From the NCBI GenBank assembly GCA_038231275.1, contig JBBRLQ010000007.1, positions 96,001-160,000 on the forward strand: 64,000 nucleotides of DNA. Direction: 5' to 3'. How positions within the stretch are numbered: the stretch's first letter is position 1; every line of letters begins with the position of its first letter. The position numbers were made by a program, and so were the translations under genes. The DNA is from Polyangiales bacterium. Lineage in GTDB: Bacteria > Myxococcota_A > Polyangia > Polyangiales > Polyangiaceae. Below, piece by piece: positions 51,601-60,705 of this stretch. The notes under the pieces were generated by a model. That model was not told the DNA's origin, ran no database searches, and saw nothing but the letters and a program-made list of their open reading frames with translations.

Positions 51601-51903
51601 TTATCGCCTAAACTGGAACACGACCTCGCTCTTTCGAACGAGCCCCAGCTGATCCCTGGCGATGCGCTCGACGGCCGCCGGATCGTCGCGGAGGGCTCGC
51701 ACCTGCACGCGGAGGTGCGCGACGTCCCGGCGCAGCTCGGCGTTCTCTGCGTTCAGCTCGGTCAGCTCCTTTCCGAGGGCGCGCATGCGCGGCAATCCCT
51801 CGGGCTGGAGGATGAGGAGGGGCGCGCCGACGAACGCGATCCCCAGGATCGCCATGGGGAGCGTCCTCTCGAGGAACTGGGCGAGCTGAGCGGACGAGCG
51901 CAA
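51601..51903 (-). CDS. ftsB: septum formation initiator (FtsB/DivIC family)
   Basis: TM segment, coiled coil, ERIARDQLGLVRKSEVVF. Confidence 0.85.
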   Translation of the reverse strand: MRSSAQLAQFLERTLPMAILGIAFVGAPLLILQPEGLPRMRALGKELTELNAENAELRRDVAHLRVQVRALRDDPAAVERIARDQLGLVRKSEVVFQFRR

Positions 51904-51977
51904 GGGTCCTCCACGATAAAACGGCCGCCCCGATCCTGCCCAGTTTGCGGCGCCGCGTGCTACGACTGCGCCTACCC

Positions 51978-53393
51978 ATGGCGTCGCACGAGCCGGTCAT
52001 CGGACTCGAGGTCCACGCGCAGCTCCTCACGCGGACCAAGGTCTTTTGCAGCTGCAGCACGGCCTTCGGGGCCCCTCCAAACACCCATGTCTGCCCGGTG
52101 TGCCTCGGCCTCCCGGGGGCGCTTCCGGTCTTGAACGGGGACGCCGTCACCTTGGCGGTCCGCGCGGCGCTCGCCCTCGGCTGCGCCATCCGCCCGACGA
52201 GCCGCTTCGCCCGCAAGAACTACTTCTACCCGGATCTGCCGAAGGGCTATCAGATCAGCCAGTTCGACGAGCCGTTCGCCGAGCACGGCCACGTCGATCT
52301 GGCGGAGCGTCGCGTGCGCATCCTCCGCGTCCACATGGAGGAAGACGCCGGCAAGAACCTCCACGGCCGCGGCGGCGACTCCATCGTCGACCTCAACCGC
52401 GCCGGCACGCCCCTCGTGGAGATCGTCAGCGAGCCCGACCTTCGCAGCGCAAAAGAGGCCGCCGAATACCTGCGAATCGTCCGCGACGTCCTCGTCTTCC
52501 TCGCCGTGAACGACGGCAACCTCGAGGAGGGCTCGTTCCGCTGCGACGCCAACGTCTCCATCCGGCCCGTCGGTCAGGAGAAGCTGGGCACGCGCGTCGA
52601 GCTGAAGAACATCAACTCGTTCCGCTTCGTCGAGAAGGCGATCGAGCACGAGATCGCGCGCCAGGAGGCGGTCCTCGCCGCCGGTGGCCGCATCACCCAA
52701 GAGACGCGCGGCTGGGAGGAGAAGTCCGGGACCACTTTTTCGCTCCGCAGCAAAGAGGAGGCGCAGGACTATCGCTACTTCCCCGATCCCGATTTGCCGC
52801 CGCTCACGATCGACGAGGTGTTCGTCGCCAAGGTGCGCGCCGAGAGCCCGGAGCTGCCGAAGGACAAGCGCGCGCGCTTCGTCGACGAGCTCCACCTCAC
52901 GCCGTACGCCGCCGACGTGATGACGCAGCACCCGCGCGTCGCGGCGTTCTTCGAGGAGGCGTCGATGCTCCACGGGGACGCCGTGCGCATCGCCAACTTC
53001 GTCCAGAGCGAGGTCCTGCGCGACGTGACGACCCACGGTCTCACCGCGATCCTGCCCATTTCCCCGCGCCAGCTGGCGGACGTGCTCAAGCTCGTCGACG
53101 CCGGCAAGATCAGCGGCAAGCAGGCGAAGGAGGTCTACGCCAAGCTCAAGGGCACCGAAAAAGCCGCCGCCGACGTGGTCGCCGAGTCCGGCATGGCGGT
53201 CGTCAGCGACGAGAAGGCAATCGAGGCGCTCGTCCGCCGCATCGTGGACGCGAACCCGAAGCAGGCGGAGTCACTCAAAGGGGGCAAGACGAACCTTCTC
53301 GGATTCTTCGTCGGTCAGGTCATGAAGGAGACCAAGGGGAGCGCGAGCCCGCAGGTCGTCAACGACGTCCTGAAGCGCGTCTTGGGGATCTGA
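51978..53393 (+). CDS. gatB: Asp/Glu-tRNA amidotransferase subunit B
   Basis: IGLEVHAQL, RKNYFYPDLPKGYQISQ, EEDAGK, RCDANVS, DYRYFPDPDL. Confidence 0.98.
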   Translation: MASHEPVIGLEVHAQLLTRTKVFCSCSTAFGAPPNTHVCPVCLGLPGALPVLNGDAVTLAVRAALALGCAIRPTSRFARKNYFYPDLPKGYQISQFDEPFAEHGHVDLAERRVRILRVHMEEDAGKNLHGRGGDSIVDLNRAGTPLVEIVSEPDLRSAKEAAEYLRIVRDVLVFLAVNDGNLEEGSFRCDANVSIRPVGQEKLGTRVELKNINSFRFVEKAIEHEIARQEAVLAAGGRITQETRGWEEKSGTTFSLRSKEEAQDYRYFPDPDLPPLTIDEVFVAKVRAESPELPKDKRARFVDELHLTPYAADVMTQHPRVAAFFEEASMLHGDAVRIANFVQSEVLRDVTTHGLTAILPISPRQLADVLKLVDAGKISGKQAKEVYAKLKGTEKAAADVVAESGMAVVSDEKAIEALVRRIVDANPKQAESLKGGKTNLLGFFVGQVMKETKGSASPQVVNDVLKRVLGI

Positions 53394-53395
53394 GC

Positions 53396-54838
53396 GTGGG
53401 CAAGGTCCTCATCGTCGACGACAACGCCGATCTCGTCTCGACGTTGAAGGCGGTGCTCGAGGCGCCGAGCGCCCGGTTCGACGTGGTGACCGCCTCGAAC
53501 GGCGCCGAAGCCCTGAAAATCGCAGCCCGCCAGGGGTTCGACGTCGCCATCGTGGACGTGAAGCTCCCCGACGCGAGCGGCGTGGATCTCATCCAGCCGC
53601 TGCGCGATCGCGCGAAGCTCTCGGAGGTCGTCCTCATCACCGGCTTCGCGAGCGTCGACGCGGCCATCGCCGCGCTACGATCGGGCGCCTTCGCGTTCGT
53701 CCTCAAATCGTTTCGCCCCGAGGAGCTCATCTCGACGGTCGAGCAGGCGCTCACCAAGGTGCAGCTCAAACGCGAGCGCGAAGAGCTCGAGCGCCGCTAC
53801 CGCGCCCTCGTCGAGCTCACCGACGTCCTCGTCGTGGGCCTCGACGATCGCGACTGCGTCGGCCTCTTCAATCCGAAGGCGGCCGCCGTCACGAAGGTCG
53901 CGGCCGATCAGGCGCTCGGCCGCCCGTTCGTCGAGAGCTGGATCCCACAAGAGGACCAGTCGCGGATGAAGGACGCGATCGCGCTCGCGCGGGCATCTGG
54001 CGCGCGAGAGGTCGAGACCGGCTTCACCGAGTCGCGGCGCCGCGTGCGCTGGCACCTGTCATGGGCCCCTGAGGACGTGGGGCGCGGGATGGTCTACGGC
54101 ATCGGGATCGACGTCACCGAGCGCCGCGCGCTCGAACGCCGCGCCGCCGACGCCGAGGCCCTGAGCGCGATGGGCACGCTGGCGATGAACCTCGCGCACG
54201 AGATCCGCAACCCCCTGAACGCCGCGGTCCTCCAGCTGAACCTGATGAACCGCCAGGTCGACAAGCTGGACGCCGAACCGGACATCCGTGCTGCACTGCA
54301 CAAGCGCGCGGAGATCGTTGGCGACGAGATCGGTCGCCTGAACCGCCTGCTCACCGAGTTCCTGGAGCTGGCCCGCCCGCGCGGGATCGGGCGCGAGCCG
54401 GTGCACGTCGGCGCGCTCGTGGACGACGTGCTCGACCTCGAGCTCGACCGCGCGCGCGAGCATGGCATCTCGGTCAAGCGCGAGATCGCCGCCGACGGGT
54501 GCGTGGCCATCGGCGATCGCGAGAAGTTGAAGCAGGTCGTCATCAACCTGGTCGTCAACGCGATAGAGGCGATGAAGACCGGCGGCACGCTCACCGCGCG
54601 CGTCACGCCGCAGAACGAGCACGTGACCATCGCGATCAGCGACACCGGTCCGGGGATCGAGCCTCAGAACCTCACGAGCGTCTTTGATCCGTTCTTCACC
54701 ACGAAGGAGGCCGGGACCGGCCTCGGCCTCTCGATCGTGCGCAAAATCGTGGACCAGCACGCCGGTGAGGTGCGCCTCGAGAGCGAGCGCGGAAGAGGCA
54801 CCCGCGTCGAGGTCACAATCCCGACGGGGCGAAACTAG
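53396..54838 (+). CDS. REC-PAS-histidine kinase
   Basis: [45 protein letters not shown] 2 nt after the gatB stop. Confidence 0.92.
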   Translation: MGKVLIVDDNADLVSTLKAVLEAPSARFDVVTASNGAEALKIAARQGFDVAIVDVKLPDASGVDLIQPLRDRAKLSEVVLITGFASVDAAIAALRSGAFAFVLKSFRPEELISTVEQALTKVQLKREREELERRYRALVELTDVLVVGLDDRDCVGLFNPKAAAVTKVAADQALGRPFVESWIPQEDQSRMKDAIALARASGAREVETGFTESRRRVRWHLSWAPEDVGRGMVYGIGIDVTERRALERRAADAEALSAMGTLAMNLAHEIRNPLNAAVLQLNLMNRQVDKLDAEPDIRAALHKRAEIVGDEIGRLNRLLTEFLELARPRGIGREPVHVGALVDDVLDLELDRAREHGISVKREIAADGCVAIGDREKLKQVVINLVVNAIEAMKTGGTLTARVTPQNEHVTIAISDTGPGIEPQNLTSVFDPFFTTKEAGTGLGLSIVRKIVDQHAGEVRLESERGRGTRVEVTIPTGRN

Positions 54839-54871
54839 CTCAGGAAGCGGAGCTGCCTGAGCTAGTTTCTT
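54831..54871. terminator. strong hairpin, probable intrinsic terminator
   Basis: GAAACTAGCTCAGG...CCTGAGCTAGTTTC, a 14-bp stem overlapping the kinase stop. Confidence 0.7.
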
Positions 54872-55011
54872 CCGTTCGCCTGGTGGAACCGTGGCCGGTT
54901 CCCTCATCGCTTCGCGACGAGCCCCCTCCGCGTGCTTCGCGGCTCGTGCTGTGCACGAGCGGGGAGGGCAACGCGAAATCAGGGAGCGGTGGGAGGGGGA
55001 CAGAAGTGAAT

Positions 55012-55236
55012 TCAGGAAGCGGTGGACGGCGCGGTGGCGCCGGGCATGTTCGCGACGAAGACCTTGCGGACCTCGGCGGCGAGCTTCTGCTGATAGGCGA
55101 TCGACTCCTTCGCCATCCGCGCGCTCTCCTCGATCGCCACCTGCGTGTGCGCTGCGGCCCGCGTCGTCTGCTGATCGACCATCTCCCACCAGAGGTTCGC
55201 GAACTGCTGCACCTGGGTCACGTATTCGTTCTTCAT
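55012..55236 (-). CDS. small helical protein, probable phasin-like granule protein
   Basis: AAAGGAG SD; 74 aa, Ala/Gln-rich helical; downstream of phaR with a PhaR-type box upstream. Confidence 0.6.
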   Translation of the reverse strand: MKNEYVTQVQQFANLWWEMVDQQTTRAAAHTQVAIEESARMAKESIAYQQKLAAEVRKVFVANMPGATAPSTAS

Positions 55237-55304
55237 TGGGTGGGCGTCTCCTTTCAACGCCGACCCCAACCCTAAGCATCCACGCGGGAGGGTCAATCCC
55301 ATTT

Positions 55305-55319
55305 TGTTGCAGTGCACAA
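55305..55319. promoter_or_regulatory. PhaR-type box 1
   Basis: TGTTGC-AGT-GCACAA, 8 bp upstream of minus-strand TTGACC-N16-TAGGGT. Confidence 0.7.
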
Positions 55320-55329
55320 AGATAGTTGT

Positions 55330-55866
55330 TCAGCTCCGGCGTCGCGGGCGCTTCAGCGCGCGCTTCAGCTCGTCGAGCTCGCGGCGCAGCTCGTCGACGT
55401 CGCTGGCCTGCGGGGAAGGCGCGGGAGGGGACGGCATCGGCGGAGGCGCGGCCGCTTGCTGCTGCCACGGGAGCCCGCCCATGAACATACGGGCGATCGC
55501 GTTGGTCGCCGAGAACGGCACCGTCGCGAGGGGGTTGTACGGCGAGAGCTGCTGCGCCCCCTGCTTCGCCTGCATGTAGAGCTCGAGAGCCCACGTCATG
55601 TACCGGCCGAAAAACTCGGCGAGCGCCTCGTCGCGCATTCGGATCAACTGCACGAGGAGCGGCACCGGAAGAAGCTTCGCTCGGTGCTCGAGGATGATCT
55701 GGGTGAGCGTCGACTGGGTCAGGTCCTCGTTCGTCTTGGCATCGACGACGCGCACGTCGACCCCCTCGCGGATCCGAACGGCGAGCTCGTCGAGCGTGAT
55801 GTAGTGGCTCGCGTCCGTGTCGTAGAGGCGACGGTTCGAGTACTTCTTGACGATCATCACGGCCAT
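55330..55866 (-). CDS. phaR: PHA synthesis repressor
   Basis: IVKKYSNRRLYDT, YITLDEL, VVDAKTNEDLT..TLTQII. Confidence 0.92.
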   Translation of the reverse strand: MAVMIVKKYSNRRLYDTDASHYITLDELAVRIREGVDVRVVDAKTNEDLTQSTLTQIILEHRAKLLPVPLLVQLIRMRDEALAEFFGRYMTWALELYMQAKQGAQQLSPYNPLATVPFSATNAIARMFMGGLPWQQQAAAPPPMPSPPAPSPQASDVDELRRELDELKRALKRPRRRS

Positions 55867-55943
55867 CTGGGGCCTTCTCCGTACTTGGCGAAGGGCCCCC
55901 GCGCAAGGAAGGATCGGCCTATGGCCGACCATGGGAAAGGTCG

Positions 55944-55995
55944 TGTTGCATCGCAACAAAAGCGCCTTGACGGACTCGCCGCCGGATCGTAGGTT
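55944..55995 (+). promoter_or_regulatory. PhaR-type box 2 plus sigma70-type promoter of the rightward operon
   Basis: TGTTGC-ATC-GCAACA (55944-55958), then 8 bp, TTGACG (55967)-N17-TAGGTT (55990). Confidence 0.75.
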
Positions 55996-56045
55996 CCGCC
56001 CGCCCTAACGCGGTGGACCGCGTTAGCCCTCGTGTGGGTCGTAAA

Positions 56046-57011
56046 ATGAAGTTGGGCGTGCGTTTCGTGGTCGCGTGCGCGTTCGCACTGCCGGCGTGTA
56101 CCAGCGGGGCCGACCGTGCGTGTACCGTCGGAGCGGAATGCGCCTCGGGTGTATGCCGGGGCGATGGCACCTGCGCACCCGCGGGGTCGGACGGCGGCGC
56201 GGGTCTCGAAGGCGGGGCGACGGGCGGCGACGGCGGAAGCGCGGACGGCGCGAGCGACGACGGCGCGAGCCTCGACGCGCCCACCCAAGGAGACGGAGCG
56301 GGAACCGGGTGCCTCCCGAATCACGACGGGACGATCCTGCGCACGGAGATCCCGCTCGGGCCCGGCCTCCACGCCAAATACACCGTCGCCCAGAGCGCCC
56401 CCGTCTCCACCGGCGGCACCGCGCAGCCGGACGGATCCCGCGTGTGGGATCTCACCGGCGCGCTTTCCGGCGATCACTCTCTGCTCGTCGAGACGCTCGC
56501 CCCGACCGGCCAATGGTTCGCCGGCGACTTTCCGCAGGCGTCGTACACCGCGCGCCTCACCGACTCGTCCGACTTGCTCGGCGTGTTCCAGACGACGCCG
56601 TCCGCGATCCTGCTGCTCGGGGCGGTGTCACCGTCCTCGGGCGCGAACGCGACGGAGCTGCCCAACAGCGCCGGCGTCCCTTCGCTCGCGTTCCCGATGA
56701 AGATGGGCTCGTCGTGGAATTCGAACGTGACGATCAACGGCAAGGTGAACGGCGTGCCGACCTTGTACGGCGACGCGTACGAGTCGTCGGTCGACGCGCA
56801 CGGCCTCATGAAGACGCCGTACGCCGACTTCCAGGTGCTGCGCATCAACACCAAGCTCACGCGCTCGGTGGGCGGCGTGCCGTCGCTCATTCTGCGGACG
56901 TACGCGTACGTCGCCGAGTGCGCGGGGCCGGTGGCGACGATCCTCTCGCAGAACAACGAGACGCAGGTGGAGTTCACGACGGCGGCCGAAGTGCAGAGGC
57001 TCGGCAAGTGA
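56046..57011 (+). CDS. hypothetical lipoprotein A
   Basis: Lipobox LPAC; small Cys module; beta-rich domain paralogous to 59502..60374. Confidence 0.8.
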   Translation: MKLGVRFVVACAFALPACTSGADRACTVGAECASGVCRGDGTCAPAGSDGGAGLEGGATGGDGGSADGASDDGASLDAPTQGDGAGTGCLPNHDGTILRTEIPLGPGLHAKYTVAQSAPVSTGGTAQPDGSRVWDLTGALSGDHSLLVETLAPTGQWFAGDFPQASYTARLTDSSDLLGVFQTTPSAILLLGAVSPSSGANATELPNSAGVPSLAFPMKMGSSWNSNVTINGKVNGVPTLYGDAYESSVDAHGLMKTPYADFQVLRINTKLTRSVGGVPSLILRTYAYVAECAGPVATILSQNNETQVEFTTAAEVQRLGK

Positions 57012-57913
57012 AGGCGCGACTCGCCATCGTCTGCGCGCTGCTCGTGTCGCTGCAGCCGATGGGCTGCGCCTCGTACCACCAGGGCGCGATCGCCGGCGAG
57101 CCCCGCACCGCAACATTCGCGGAGGTCGATGGCGTACGTGTCAGGTACACCGACGTCGGCGAGGGATCGCCGGTGGTCCTCGTGCACGGCTTCGCGTCGT
57201 CGCTCGATACATGGGGCGCGCTCGTGCCGGAGCTCTCGAAGAAGCACCGCGTCGTCGCGCTCGACCTGAAGGGCTTCGGCTGGAGCGATCGCCCCGAGGG
57301 GGACTACTCGCCGCGCGCACAGGCCGAGCTCGTCATGAAGCTCGCGGCGAGCCGCGGCATCGACACGTTCATGCTCGTCGGCCACTCGTTCGGCGCGTCG
57401 GTCGTCCTCGCCGCCACGCTCGCGCATCCGGAGAAGGTGACCAAGATCGCCCTCTACGACGCGTTCGTCTACGAGGAGCAGATCCCGACGTTCTTCCACT
57501 GGGCGAAGGCGGACGGCCTCGGTGAGGCTCTTTTCTCGCTGTATTACAAGGAGCGCGCCGACGAGCGGATGCGCCTGGCGTTCTACGATCCGAAGTTCGT
57601 GACCGAGCCGCTCGTCGAGAGCGTCGAGGCGCAGCTCGATCGGCCCGGCACCGTCGCCGCCGCGCTCGGCACCGTGCGCGCGATGCGCTACGCCGAGGTC
57701 GAGTCGCAGTACAAAAAGGTGCAGGTCCCGGCGCTGCTCTTGTGGGGGCGCGAGGACACGGTCACGACGCTCGCGTACGGTGAACGTCTCGCCGCCGATT
57801 TGCCGAAGTCTCGCCTCGTCGTCTACCCGCGGTGCGGTCACTTCCCGATGATCGAGGCGCGCGTCGCGTCGAACGCCGAGCTCGTCGCCTTCGCCGAGGA
57901 CGCGAAGCCGTGA
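57008..57913 (+). CDS. alpha/beta-hydrolase lipoprotein
   Basis: PMGC signal, VHGF, DLKGFG, GHSFG nucleophile elbow, WGRED, GHFP; GTGA overlap. Confidence 0.9.
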   Translation: MKARLAIVCALLVSLQPMGCASYHQGAIAGEPRTATFAEVDGVRVRYTDVGEGSPVVLVHGFASSLDTWGALVPELSKKHRVVALDLKGFGWSDRPEGDYSPRAQAELVMKLAASRGIDTFMLVGHSFGASVVLAATLAHPEKVTKIALYDAFVYEEQIPTFFHWAKADGLGEALFSLYYKERADERMRLAFYDPKFVTEPLVESVEAQLDRPGTVAAALGTVRAMRYAEVESQYKKVQVPALLLWGREDTVTTLAYGERLAADLPKSRLVVYPRCGHFPMIEARVASNAELVAFAEDAKP

Positions 57914-59499
57914 AGGCGTCGCGCGCGGTCTCGTGTTGCGTCGCGGCAATCGCCATCTCCGCGATGCTGCCCCGCAGCGCACGCGCGACCGGCTTCACCG
58001 ACACGGGTCAAGATCTCCAGCCGCGCGAGAAGGCGGAGGTCACGCTGCACGGCTACCTCCGCACGCGCTTCGAGGCGCTCGGCAACCTCGATCTCGATCG
58101 CGGCCTCACGCCGTCCGGCGACCCGCTCTTTCCGGTCTCGCGTTCGGACCCGAAGGCGCAGTGGCTGACGTACGCCGACATGCGCCTGCGCACGGACCTG
58201 GCGGTGTACGCGCCGGGCGCGGCGGTCGCGGTGAAGGCGCGCATCGACACGCTCGACAATTTCCCGCTCGGTGGCTCGGCCGACGGCATCCCGTCCGCGA
58301 GCACTACCCAGCGCGCCGCGGGCGACGCGATCCGCGTGAAACGAGCCTACGGCGAGGTGCTGACGCCGTTCGGCGTCGTCGTCGCTGGGCGCACCGGGAG
58401 CCACTGGGGCCTCGGCATCCTCACCAACTCTGGCGACTGCCTCGACTGCGACTCGGGCGATGCTGCCGATCGCATCGCGCTCATCTCGCCGCTCCTCGGA
58501 CACATCCTCGCGGTGGCCTACGATTTTTCGGCGACCGGCCCGTTCGACACGCGCCGCGCGAGCGGGCGCTCCATTGCGATCGAGCCGTCGACGAATGTGC
58601 GTTCCGTGACCGTGGCGCTCCTCAACTGGCGCGATGACATGGCACGCGAGCGTCGACGGGGAGCAGGGAAGGCGACGTTCGAGTACGGCGCGTATGGTGC
58701 AGTGCGAAGTCAGAAGGACGATCTATCGGCCGCGTACCTGCCCACGACGCAGCCGCTGCCGCTCGCGCCTTCGCAGGTGATGAGCCGCGGCTACCAGGCC
58801 TACGCGATCGACGGTTGGGCGCGGCTCACGCTGCCGAACGTCCGCATCGAGGCCGAGGCGGCGTACCTCAACGCGACGGTCGATCAGCCGTCGCTCATCC
58901 CCGGCGTGCTCCTTCACGACAAGGCGACGTCGAGCCAGCTCGGCGCGGCGCTCGAGAGCGAGGTGTCGCCCAAGGACGGGAGCTTCGGCGCCGGTGTCGA
59001 TCTCGGCTACGCGAGCGGCGATCCGGCGCCCGGCTTCGGCGTGAATCCGCAGCCGGGAGGGCGCCCGCCCAAGGCCGGCGATCTCGACGGCGCGCAGGCG
59101 ACGCCGCCGTTCGACAACAAGGTCGACAACTTCCGTTTCCACCCCGACTACCGGATCGATCGGATCCTCTTCCGCGAGATCATTGGCACGGTCACCGACG
59201 CGACGTACCTCCGCCCGCACGCGCGCGTGCGCCTCGCCAAGATCGGCCCGCACGCCGAGCTCACCGCGGCGGTGGCCGGCGTCGCGTCGTGGGCGGTGTA
59301 CGCCCAGTCGACCCCAGGTCAGCGGCGGCCCCTGGGGATCGAAGTGGATCCTACGCTTTCCTACGTGCATCGCGACGGATTCGCGGTCGCCCTCGAGCAC
59401 GCCGTGCTTTTTCCCCTGTCCGGGCTAGACAATCCGGTCCAGCACCTCGACGCCAAGCCCGCGCAGCTCGTCCGGCTGCGCCTCGCGTTCCGGTTTTGA
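57910..59499 (+). CDS. outer-membrane beta-barrel protein (TIGR04551-like)
   Basis: Signal peptide; HGYLRTR, SHWGLG, DCLDCDSGD, NFRFHPDYRIDRILFREIIG; terminal FRF. Confidence 0.78.
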   Translation: MKASRAVSCCVAAIAISAMLPRSARATGFTDTGQDLQPREKAEVTLHGYLRTRFEALGNLDLDRGLTPSGDPLFPVSRSDPKAQWLTYADMRLRTDLAVYAPGAAVAVKARIDTLDNFPLGGSADGIPSASTTQRAAGDAIRVKRAYGEVLTPFGVVVAGRTGSHWGLGILTNSGDCLDCDSGDAADRIALISPLLGHILAVAYDFSATGPFDTRRASGRSIAIEPSTNVRSVTVALLNWRDDMARERRRGAGKATFEYGAYGAVRSQKDDLSAAYLPTTQPLPLAPSQVMSRGYQAYAIDGWARLTLPNVRIEAEAAYLNATVDQPSLIPGVLLHDKATSSQLGAALESEVSPKDGSFGAGVDLGYASGDPAPGFGVNPQPGGRPPKAGDLDGAQATPPFDNKVDNFRFHPDYRIDRILFREIIGTVTDATYLRPHARVRLAKIGPHAELTAAVAGVASWAVYAQSTPGQRRPLGIEVDPTLSYVHRDGFAVALEHAVLFPLSGLDNPVQHLDAKPAQLVRLRLAFRF

Positions 59500-59501
59500 C
59501 C

Positions 59502-60374
59502 ATGAGACACGCCGCCGTCCTCCCGTTCACCCCCTTCATCGCGCTCGTCGCGTTGGCGCTCGTGGGCCTCGCGGCGTGCGGCGACAACCAGACGCACCCC
59601 GATCGCGCGACGTACGACGCCGGTCCCGCGCAGCCGCTGTCGTGCGTGCCGAACCTCGACGGAAAGATCGATCGCTCCGAGCTCGGTGCGGCCATCGGTG
59701 TGCCGGCGCGGTACTTGGTGTCGCCGGTCGGCGTCTCGCGCACCGTGAACCAGTCGGGCGGCGTCGATGCTGCGGGGCACAAAACGTGGGATTTCTCCAC
59801 CGACTACGCCGACGACCAGGCCGCGACGATCTCCGCGAGCGCGCCGACCGGCAAGTGGTACGCGGACAAGTTCCCCGGCGCGCAGTTCGTTTCACCGTTC
59901 GACGCGGGCGGCGCCGTCGACGCCGTGTACTCGGAGGACGACACCGCGATCTACCTGCTCGGCCTCGCGTCCTCCATCCAGAACCCCGCCGACGGTCAGA
60001 CCCTCTACGTCTACGACGCGCCGGTCCCGTTCCTCCGCTTCCCGCTGGCGCCCGGCAAGACGTGGACGAGCGTGGGCACGACGAAGAACCAAATGCTTCG
60101 CGGCCTGCCGTTCGCCGGCAAGGACACCTACGAGGTGACGGTCGACTCCGAGGGCCAGATGATCCTCCCCGACGTCACCTTCACCCAGGCGATCCGCGTC
60201 CGCACGAAGATCACGATCGAGCCCACCGTCGGCGCCACGACCGCGCAGTTCCAGACGAGCTGGTTCTTCGAGTGCTTCGGCGAGGTGGCGCGCGCCACGA
60301 GCAAGATCAACGAGGGCAGCCCCGACTTCACCAGCGCGCTGGAGATCCGTCGGCTAGGGCTGCCGGGACGCTAG
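59502..60374 (+). CDS. hypothetical lipoprotein B (paralog of lipoprotein A)
   Basis: Lipobox [37 protein letters not shown]. Confidence 0.8.
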   Translation: MRHAAVLPFTPFIALVALALVGLAACGDNQTHPDRATYDAGPAQPLSCVPNLDGKIDRSELGAAIGVPARYLVSPVGVSRTVNQSGGVDAAGHKTWDFSTDYADDQAATISASAPTGKWYADKFPGAQFVSPFDAGGAVDAVYSEDDTAIYLLGLASSIQNPADGQTLYVYDAPVPFLRFPLAPGKTWTSVGTTKNQMLRGLPFAGKDTYEVTVDSEGQMILPDVTFTQAIRVRTKITIEPTVGATTAQFQTSWFFECFGEVARATSKINEGSPDFTSALEIRRLGLPGR

Positions 60375-60415
60375 AGATCGCGAACGAACGAACGAACGAG
60401 ACGGCAGAGGCGGGC

Positions 60416-60703
60416 ATGATGAACAAGGAACAGGGCAAGAAGGCGTTCGACGCGTGGGAGAACACCAGCGCGGCGTACATCGAGAAGTGGATGAAGAGCC
60501 CGCTCGTCCTCGCGCCGGTGGGCGCGCTCCTGACGCAGGCCATGCGCCTCAAAGAAGCGCACGAGAAGGTGATGACCTCGATGTGGTCGGCGTTGGGCCT
60601 GTCCACGAGGCGGGATCAGGAGCGGACCCTTTTTGCGCTGCACAAATTGGAGAGCCGCCTGATGGACCTCGAAGAGAAGCTCGACAAGAGGAACGGGGGT
60701 TGA
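60416..60703 (+). CDS. mini PhaE-like PHA synthase partner subunit
   Basis: 95 aa; [10 protein letters not shown]...LHKLESRL resembles the PhaE C-terminal L-x-L-P-T-R coiled-coil motif; in the phaC operon. Confidence 0.6.
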   Translation: MMNKEQGKKAFDAWENTSAAYIEKWMKSPLVLAPVGALLTQAMRLKEAHEKVMTSMWSALGLSTRRDQERTLFALHKLESRLMDLEEKLDKRNGG

Positions 60704-60705
60704 GG

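Noticed and set aside
52046..53395. Apparent 930-aa kinase (similar N-terminal extensions occur on hemH, hemY, the PEGA protein and the hydrolase)
   Set aside because: The extension is an off-frame overlap of the upstream gene; the real start is the GTG at 53396
60381..60399. (CGAA)4 microsatellite before the mini-PhaE gene
   Set aside because: Too short to support phase variation, and intergenic
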